A stretch of 32,000 nucleotides of DNA, from the sequence record KX557278.1. The stretch is one strand, 5' to 3'. This DNA comes from Gordonia phage Ghobes. Position 1 is the stretch's first letter; each line of letters starts with the position of its first letter. Below, one piece after another: positions 26,173 through 32,000 of the stretch. The position numbers and the translations under genes were made by a program. The notes beneath the pieces were generated by a model that searched no databases, was not told where the DNA came from, and saw only the letters and a program-made list of their open reading frames with translations.

Positions 26173-26667
26173 GTGTTCGAGGAAGTAGTAGGGCGAAACT
26201 TTCGCCAACTTAGGTTGGACCGGGGACTGACCCACGAGGCGGTGTCTCTCCACGCGCAAGCCCTAGGTCTACCGTGGACGTGCACCCGCGTCGCGTCCTT
26301 CGAGTCTGGGAAGGTAGAGCTGAAACTGCAGACGCTCGACGTTCTAGTCCGCGCACTGGCCAGTGCTTCGGGTAAGGCGGTTCGACAAGAGGACCTGTTT
26401 GAGTCGCTGCCTGGGTTTTGGTCAGAACTGGGAGTGGCGGTACCAGAACCAGTAGACACCGACTCGTCACTCGGACTTCTCGACTACCGAGTAGCTAAGA
26501 AACTGGGGCGTACTGGGGCTGAAGTGGCCGACGCTGCGCACAAACTTTGGGGCCGGTCGCTTCGAGCCGAGAGAAACCGTCTGGCTCCCGAAAACGCAAA
26601 CGACCACCAACTCGGAACGCTGACCCGCCGTTTGACTGAAGAACTACGTAAAGAACTGGAGAACTGA
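26173..26667 (+). CDS. XRE/Cro-CI family helix-turn-helix regulator
   Basis: N-terminal VVGRNFRQLRLDRGLTHEAVSLHAQALG...ASFESGKVELKLQTLDVLVRAL; 164 aa. Confidence 0.75.
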   Translation: MFEEVVGRNFRQLRLDRGLTHEAVSLHAQALGLPWTCTRVASFESGKVELKLQTLDVLVRALASASGKAVRQEDLFESLPGFWSELGVAVPEPVDTDSSLGLLDYRVAKKLGRTGAEVADAAHKLWGRSLRAERNRLAPENANDHQLGTLTRRLTEELRKELEN

Positions 26668-26668
26668 A

Positions 26669-27385
26669 GTGAACGCACCCAAGAAGACGGTCGAGGAGAA
26701 GCGGTTCGCGAAGGTGGCGAAACTGCTTCGCCAGGCCGAGGACGTGAAGGGGACTCCCGAGGAGTTCGCCTTCAAGGAGAAAGCGTTCGAGCTCGCCGCG
26801 CGTTACGGGGTCTCGACCGAACGAGTCCTGCAGTACCTGGCAGACGGTGACCTGGACGCAGCGCAGACCTCGGGCTCGTACAACCGGCAGGTCACCCTGA
26901 CCGGCTCGTACCGAGCCGCCCAAGCGGTCCTGGTGGGCTCACTGGCTGAGGCTCTGCACTGCTTCGCGGTCCAGCACGGTTCGGCCGCAGTTGTGACGGT
27001 GGTCGGAGTACAGGAGCACGTGGATCGGGTCGTGGACCTCTGGGAAGTCCTGGGGCCGCTGGCCTTGGAGCAGGTCGAGAAACGAGCTCACCAGTGGCGC
27101 AGGTTCTACACCCGAACCCAACTGCAGCGCTGGCGGCAGTCGTTCTTGTACGGCTTCGCGGTCGAGGTCCGGGAGCGGCTAGAGCGGTTGGAGGAGGAAG
27201 TGGCGAGGCAGGCCGGTGCCCTGGTCCTGTTCAAGAGCGACCGCGAGCGTGCCGAGGAAGGCCTGCTCGAGCTCTACCCGGACGTGCAGCGCGAGGTCGA
27301 GCCGGTCACCGACGTGGACACTGTGGCGTTCCTGGAGGGTCGAGCCAGTGCCTCCGAAGCAGAGCTTGCTACCCGTCGCTTGTAG
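26669..27385 (+). CDS. DUF2786-like protein
   Basis: RFAKVAKLLRQAEDVKGTPEEFAFKEKAFELAARYGVS matches DUF2786 N-terminus; 238 aa. Confidence 0.75.
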   Translation: MNAPKKTVEEKRFAKVAKLLRQAEDVKGTPEEFAFKEKAFELAARYGVSTERVLQYLADGDLDAAQTSGSYNRQVTLTGSYRAAQAVLVGSLAEALHCFAVQHGSAAVVTVVGVQEHVDRVVDLWEVLGPLALEQVEKRAHQWRRFYTRTQLQRWRQSFLYGFAVEVRERLERLEEEVARQAGALVLFKSDRERAEEGLLELYPDVQREVEPVTDVDTVAFLEGRASASEAELATRRL

Positions 27386-27410
27386 CTGCTAGACTACCCA
27401 GGTAGTACCC

Positions 27411-27436
27411 AGAAGAGAAGAAAAAGAGAGAGAAGG
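27411..27436 (+). repeat. 26-nt polypurine tract upstream of purZ
   Basis: AGAAGAGAAGAAAAAGAGAGAGAAGG, no pyrimidine; includes the RBS-like AGAAGG region. Confidence 0.8.
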
Positions 27437-27443
27437 TTAGCAA

Positions 27444-28535
27444 GTGGCAAAACTCGACGTGGTCGTCGGAGCCCAGTTCGGCTCGGAGGCCAAAGGGCGT
27501 GTGACGCTGGAGCTGGTGCAGCGTCGGCGCGCGGAAGGACGCCAGGTGGTCTCGGTTCGCGTGGGCGGTCCCAACGCCGGACACGTGGTCTGGGACCAGG
27601 GACACCGGTTCGCGATGCGCTCGCTGCCGGTGGGGTTCGTGGACCCCGACACCCTGCTGCTGGTGGCTCCCGGCTCCGAAGTGGACCTGGAGGTCCTGCG
27701 CGAAGAGGTGGAGCTGGTGGAGTCGCACGGCTACTCGGTGCGCGACCGGCTGTGGCTGCACCCGCAGGCGACCTACCTGCACCCGAAGTACCGCAAGCAG
27801 GAACAGGAGAGCTCGCTCGGTGACCGCGTGGGTTCGACGGCCAAAGGGATCGGCGCGGCTCGAGCCGCTCGTGTGTGGCGTACTGCTCCCCTGGTCGGCG
27901 ACGTCGGCGAGTTCGGCGAGCTCGGCCGAGTCTACGACTTCCTGCCGCACCTGCAAGACCACGCCAGCGACCCCAACTTCGCAGTGGTGGTCGAGGGGAC
28001 GCAGGGCTACGGTCTCGGCCTGCACGCGGGCTACTACCCGCAGTGCACCTCGAACGACGCACGCGGGCTGGACTTTGTCGCCCAGCTCGGTGCTCCGCTG
28101 CCTTGGGACTTGCCGACTCGGACCGACTTCCTGGTCCACCTGGTGGTCCGTCCGTTCCCGATCCGGGTCGCGGGCAACTCCGGTCCGCTGGCCGGTGAGA
28201 CCTCCTGGGCCGAACTCGGTGTCCCGGAGGAGCGCACGACGGTGACCAACAAGGTTCGCCGCGTGGGCCAGTTCGAGCCGGAGCTGGTAGCAGAGGCGGT
28301 GCGGGCCAACGGAGTTCGGAACTCGGTCTTGCACCTGAGCTTCGCGGACCAGTTGGCCCCGTACCTGGAAGGACGCACCGAGGTCTCGGAGGACTTCTGG
28401 TCTTCGCCCGAGGCCGACCGGCTCCAGGAGTTCCTGTACGACCTGCCTTTCAGCCAGAAACTGCTGAGCCTGGGAACCGGACCGCAAACCTCGGTCTGGC
28501 TCGACTCGCTCTCGACCTACACCGGAGGTGCTTAA
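27444..28535 (+). CDS. purZ: PurZ-type N6-succino-2-amino-2'-deoxyadenylate synthase (adenylosuccinate synthetase homologue)
   Basis: VVVGAQFGSEAKGRV (PurA: GDEGKG, catalytic Asp replaced by Ser), GGPNAGH, GSTAKGIGAARAARV, VVEGTQGYGLGLHAGYYPQCTSNDA; 363 aa, shorter than typical PurA. Confidence 0.9.
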   Translation: MAKLDVVVGAQFGSEAKGRVTLELVQRRRAEGRQVVSVRVGGPNAGHVVWDQGHRFAMRSLPVGFVDPDTLLLVAPGSEVDLEVLREEVELVESHGYSVRDRLWLHPQATYLHPKYRKQEQESSLGDRVGSTAKGIGAARAARVWRTAPLVGDVGEFGELGRVYDFLPHLQDHASDPNFAVVVEGTQGYGLGLHAGYYPQCTSNDARGLDFVAQLGAPLPWDLPTRTDFLVHLVVRPFPIRVAGNSGPLAGETSWAELGVPEERTTVTNKVRRVGQFEPELVAEAVRANGVRNSVLHLSFADQLAPYLEGRTEVSEDFWSSPEADRLQEFLYDLPFSQKLLSLGTGPQTSVWLDSLSTYTGGA

Positions 28536-29106
28536 GTTGTCCGTGGACTACGTGAACCAGGTTTGCTCGGCTCGCCAGGACGTACCGGGCGGTGACCTGC
28601 GCTGCTTCCTGGGAGACGGACACGACGGGGACCACTGGGACAACGACTGGGGCCTTCGCTGGGCCGAACAGGCCGAGGAGCCGGTGACGGCTCGCCCGGT
28701 GGTCGCCGGACCCCCGCTCGCGGCTCACGAGCACGCTTACTCGCTGGCTGAGGGTCTGTCCTCGGTCCTGGCCAGTCACGGGGTCACCGACCCCACTGTC
28801 CACTGGTGGGTCCAGCACGCGCTGCAGGAGGCAATACCCACGGTCGCCAAGGCCAAGGAGTACGGCACTGTGGAGCTGGTCGAGGCCGGTCGTCTGTTGG
28901 CCTCGCAGCTGGTCGGGTACCAGGGTCAGACGGTCACCGACCAGGAAGCCCTGGAGCTGCAGGTCTACCAGTACGTGGTGGGCAAGCTCGGCCGCTGGAC
29001 CGCAGCGGTCCGGCGAGGGGAACAGGTCTCGGACGACACCCTGTTCGACCTGGGGGTCTACGCGACCCTGGTACAGAAAGCACGAGAGACCGGAGAGTGG
29101 CCGTGA
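28528..29106 (+). CDS. possible MazG-like/all-alpha NTP pyrophosphohydrolase
   Basis: Helical C-terminus KLGRWTAAVRRGEQVSDDTLFDLGVYATLVQKARETG recalls the DxxxDxxxY core of MazG-like/Nmad1-type proteins; overlaps purZ by 8 nt (alternative TTG at 28537). Confidence 0.45.
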   Translation: MLKLSVDYVNQVCSARQDVPGGDLRCFLGDGHDGDHWDNDWGLRWAEQAEEPVTARPVVAGPPLAAHEHAYSLAEGLSSVLASHGVTDPTVHWWVQHALQEAIPTVAKAKEYGTVELVEAGRLLASQLVGYQGQTVTDQEALELQVYQYVVGKLGRWTAAVRRGEQVSDDTLFDLGVYATLVQKARETGEWP

Positions 29107-29468
29107 AGCCTGGAGAGTTGTCCGAACGTCAGCAGAAGTGGAACCGGGTCTTCGGTGAGGTCGAGCCGCACAACCACCTGCGGCAGCAGTTGAAGAACCT
29201 CGCCGACTTCCTGCGTAGCTACGGGAACACCGAGCCGACCAGGGAAGGCCAGCTGAACTACCGGGGCGGCAAGGCTGCGTTCCAGGAGCCGCTGACCCGC
29301 TCGGTGCTGTCGGTCCTGAGCTGCTGGAGCTCCAAGTTCCGGCTCTCGGCCGCAGCGGCTGAGTTCCTGTCCGACGAGCTGGAGCTCGCGGCCGAGGGTC
29401 TCGAGGACGAGTTCGAAAAGGCCTCGTACCGGCGACTGGTCCACCTGTTGGGGCAGGCCGCGAAGTGA
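29103..29468 (+). CDS. hypothetical protein
   Basis: GTG at 29103 overlapping the previous stop; 121 aa; no HD motif seen. Confidence 0.65.
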   Translation: MKPGELSERQQKWNRVFGEVEPHNHLRQQLKNLADFLRSYGNTEPTREGQLNYRGGKAAFQEPLTRSVLSVLSCWSSKFRLSAAAAEFLSDELELAAEGLEDEFEKASYRRLVHLLGQAAK

Positions 29469-29950
29469 CCCCCTACCTGTACTTCGCACGCCCGGTGGAC
29501 CAGGCACCGGCCTCGTCGGTCGAGGAGTTGCGGAACCACGCGGAGGAGCTTGCAGTGCGCGGGCTCCTCCCGCTGGTTTTCGCAGTTCGCCAGGCCCTGC
29601 AAGACCCAGTAGTGAAGGCGGTGGTGTTCGAACCGGCCGAGGCCTGGACGCTGCACGGAAACCCGCACCCGGACGGTACCCTACAGCTGGCCAACCTGGC
29701 GGTCCTGGACCTGTGTTCGCACGTGGTCGCGGTTTTGCCGGCAGGGGTGGCCACTGTGGGAGTACCGTTGGAGGTCCAGTTCGCCCTGGACCGCGACAAG
29801 CGCGTCCTGGTCCTGACCGACCACTCCAGCTCGTGGGTGACGGCCAAGTGGGCCGAGGACGGAGCACTGGTTCTGGACGCGAGCCAGTACACGCAAGGTC
29901 AACTCGAGAAGGAAGTGGTGGAGTGGTTCTGTGGACCGTTTGAACTTTAA
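29465..29950 (+). CDS. nucleoside 2-deoxyribosyltransferase-like protein
   Basis: YLYFARPVD... N-terminus, CSHVVAVLPAGVATVGVPLEVQFALDRDKRVLVLTD resembles the NDT/DUF4406 fold; 161 aa. Confidence 0.55.
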   Translation: MTPYLYFARPVDQAPASSVEELRNHAEELAVRGLLPLVFAVRQALQDPVVKAVVFEPAEAWTLHGNPHPDGTLQLANLAVLDLCSHVVAVLPAGVATVGVPLEVQFALDRDKRVLVLTDHSSSWVTAKWAEDGALVLDASQYTQGQLEKEVVEWFCGPFEL

Positions 29951-30116
29951 GGGGAAAGTCGAAGTGGGCCTGAACGAGACGTTCGGTCCGGACACCTCGG
30001 GTGCCTGGTACTCGGCCGTGAGTTCCAGTTACGACCCAGAAACTGACAAGACGACAGTCGAGCTCGCGCCGGTCTACCGGCCGGGAGTAGGAGGTAAGGT
30101 TCGTGTCCGAAAGTAA
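29931..30116 (+). CDS. hypothetical small protein
   Basis: GTG start at 29931 overlapping previous gene; 61 aa. Confidence 0.5.
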   Translation: MDRLNFKGKVEVGLNETFGPDTSGAWYSAVSSSYDPETDKTTVELAPVYRPGVGGKVRVRK

Positions 30117-30678
30117 CGGAGGCCTGGGAAACTCGCCACTGGAGACTCCCTACGAGTCCGACTTCGGAGGTTTGTTCGCTAACCCGAACCAGCTACCGCA
30201 GGGGGTCGCACAGGTACGCCACGCGAGGACCAACGGCCTGAACTGGTCGGAGCTGCAGTTCGGTGCGGTCGACCCCGCCAAGGTGGCGTTTCCGCCCGAG
30301 AAGGCCCACGACAACGACGCGGGCTTCGACCTGTACGTCACCGAGCGCGTGGTACTGCGGCCGGGGGAGTTTGCTGACCTGCCGACCAACGTGTGGGTGG
30401 CTCTGCAGGACGAGTACTGGGGCTTGGTTACCGGCCGCTCCTCAGCACTACGCAAACACGGCCTGCTGGTGCACACTGGCGTGATCGACGCGGGTTACCG
30501 GGGCGAGCTGTTCGCCGGAGCGTTCAACCTGTCCGGCAAGCAGGTGGTGGTCGAGCCGGGTCAGCGACTGGCCCAGTTCCTGGTGGTGCCTCTTCCCAAC
30601 CTCGGCGCGAAGTGGGTCGAGGGTGAACCGCCACCCGGAACCCGTGGTTCCAACGGTTTCGGGAGTACCGGCCGGTGA
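30103..30678 (+). CDS. dut: dUTPase (deoxyuridine 5'-triphosphate nucleotidohydrolase)
   Basis: All five motifs: DAGFDLYV; GRSSALRKHG; GVIDAGYRGEL; PGQRLAQFLV; RGSNGFGSTGR. Confidence 0.9.
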   Translation: MSESNGGLGNSPLETPYESDFGGLFANPNQLPQGVAQVRHARTNGLNWSELQFGAVDPAKVAFPPEKAHDNDAGFDLYVTERVVLRPGEFADLPTNVWVALQDEYWGLVTGRSSALRKHGLLVHTGVIDAGYRGELFAGAFNLSGKQVVVEPGQRLAQFLVVPLPNLGAKWVEGEPPPGTRGSNGFGSTGR

Positions 30679-30884
30679 GGGCGGTCTCGGAGGAGCCGCG
30701 TGTGTTCGGCGGCAAAGGTGACGACGAGGGTGTGGTGTTCGTGGTCCAGTTCACGAACAAGCCCACGGTGACCCAGGACCGGTACGAGGTGGAGTCGCAC
30801 GAACTGCGGCTGAGCAAGGGCCAGGCCCTGCGACTCGCCACGAGGCTGGTCCGACAAGCACTGCTGGAAGGAGTGGGACTGTGA
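30675..30884 (+). CDS. hypothetical protein
   Basis: GTG overlapping dut stop; 69 aa. Confidence 0.6.
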   Translation: MRAVSEEPRVFGGKGDDEGVVFVVQFTNKPTVTQDRYEVESHELRLSKGQALRLATRLVRQALLEGVGL

Positions 30885-31153
30885 GTTGGGTCGAGGTGTA
30901 CTGGGTGGCCTTGCTGGCAGTGTTGTCCTGGAAGCTCGTTTGGTTCGCCACGTCGTGGGTGGTGCGGGCTTTCCTGGACGCTCGCCTGGAGGCCAAGGAA
31001 GAGCAACTGCGGAAGTTGGCCGTAGCCGACCCCAAGGCAGTGGCGTCCCGGCTGGGCCTGCCCGAGGAAGTGGTGAAGCGGTACGTGGAAGGAGAGGGGG
31101 TGAAGCGTGAGCTTCGGGTACACGACCGACCACACCAAGAGGAGTCCAACTGA
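30881..31153 (+). CDS. membrane protein, hypothetical
   Basis: N-terminal TM WVEVYWVALLAVLSWKLVWFATSWVV; overlaps neighbours. Confidence 0.6.
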   Translation: MSWVEVYWVALLAVLSWKLVWFATSWVVRAFLDARLEAKEEQLRKLAVADPKAVASRLGLPEEVVKRYVEGEGVKRELRVHDRPHQEESN

Positions 31154-31694
31154 CGACTACCCGACCGACTCACGCTGGGTGGACGTCCTGCTGGACAACA
31201 CCCGCACGGGGTTGGCCTACGCACACGCCACGGGTGACCAGGTGCGGGACCTGGCGGTGACCGGCCGGTCTCAGTTGGTCGACGCCCTGACCACGCGCGG
31301 GGTGGACGCCCAGGGTCACGAGCTGGACTTCTTCGACCCACAGCACGACGAGTGGTTGCGTTCGGGCGAGTACCACCACGTGACCAACCCACCGTACAAA
31401 CACTTCTGTGACTGGGCACTGCGTGCACTGGAGGTGACCCCTGGGTGTGTGGCCCTGTTGGGCGGGATACACGCGTTGGCCAGCAAGCACAGGCGTGAGA
31501 AACTGTGGTTGCCGCACCGCCCGACCGAGGTCTTGGTCGTGGTCAACAACCAGACCGTGTTGGGCAAGACCTCGCAGTTCGCCCACGTCTGGTTCGTGTG
31601 GGACGAGGCCAGGACACCAACTGCTAGGTTAGACTGGGTGCAGGCAGACACCAGCAAGCCAGCCCTGCACCCAAGCAGGAGGCGCGAGGAGTAG
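31107..31694 (+). CDS. DNA adenine methyltransferase-like protein (NPPY motif)
   Basis: GHELDFFDPQHDEWLRSGEYHHVTNPPYKHFCDWALRAL; no clear canonical SAM-binding motif I; 195 aa. Confidence 0.5.
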   Translation: MSFGYTTDHTKRSPTDDYPTDSRWVDVLLDNTRTGLAYAHATGDQVRDLAVTGRSQLVDALTTRGVDAQGHELDFFDPQHDEWLRSGEYHHVTNPPYKHFCDWALRALEVTPGCVALLGGIHALASKHRREKLWLPHRPTEVLVVVNNQTVLGKTSQFAHVWFVWDEARTPTARLDWVQADTSKPALHPSRRREE

Positions 31695-31703
31695 GAGCGC
31701 GAG

Positions 31704-32000
31704 TTGACAGGGCCACGCAGGGACAGTAAACGGTACAGGGCACTCAAGGTAGCCTTTCGCGAAGAGTGCGAAACCGTGGACTGTCCCTGCTGGCTGTGTG
31801 GGCAACCCGTGGACTGGACCGTTAAGGGTGGGCCAGAAGAGCCGGACGGGTTCAGCCTGGACCACTACTACCCTTGGAGTACTCACCCGGAGTACCGGCT
31901 GGACCCTGGGAACTTCCGGTGCGCGCACTGGCTGTGCAACTCGGACCGGGGCGACAAAGAGGCCACCCCCGCACTGGGAGAACCCTCCCGTGTGTGGTAG
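31704..32000 (+). CDS. HNH endonuclease-like protein
   Basis: CWLCGQPVDW...SLDHYYPWSTHPEYRLDPGNFRCAHWLCNSDRGDK: CxxC, DH and N...H/C motifs; TTG start. Confidence 0.75.
   Translation: MTGPRRDSKRYRALKVAFREECETVDCPCWLCGQPVDWTVKGGPEEPDGFSLDHYYPWSTHPEYRLDPGNFRCAHWLCNSDRGDKEATPALGEPSRVW

Noticed and set aside
27369-28487. 372-aa reverse ORF opposite purZ
   Set aside because: Shadow ORF; purZ signatures are unambiguous on the + strand.
29103-29468. Considered as DatZ (HD-domain dATPase)
   Set aside because: No H...HD...D motif visible in the 121-aa product.
1-32000. Transposase, integrase or other mobile element genes
   Set aside because: No recombinase or transposase signature found; only an HNH endonuclease-like ORF at the right edge, probably a packaging-region gene.

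Overview
This 32 kb window is high-GC, dsDNA actinobacteriophage genome (siphovirus-like). The host is probably a mycolic-acid actinobacterium, since there is a putative lysin B-like hydrolase and an endolysin with LGFP-like repeats. Layout: (1) tail tip, tail fibre and lysis genes on + (about 1-11.7 kb) with a small reverse-strand island at 2.8-4.15 kb; (2) a reverse-strand replication/recombination block at 11.7-20.0 kb (prim-pol/ATPase, SSB/DUF669-like, Sak4-like ATPase, RecB-like nuclease, RuvC-like, SNF2 helicase, PurB-like lyase); (3) a ~530 bp repeat-rich strand-switch region at about 20.0-20.5 kb that looks like a replication origin; (4) a + strand replication and nucleotide-metabolism block at 20.5-32 kb (family A DNA polymerase, LysB, XRE regulator, adenylosuccinate synthetase homologue, MazG-like candidate, NDT-like, dUTPase, NPPY methylase-like, HNH). 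Main conclusion: the 27444-28535 product carries the PurZ hallmark (GSEAKG in place of GDEGKG). Together with a DpoZ-like PolA this suggests a 2-aminoadenine (Z) genome phage. Unusually, it also encodes its own adenylosuccinate lyase (PurB-like). I also find a spacing-conserved promoter family (ACTTGYG-N16-TGGTAAACT), four exact copies plus two variants.
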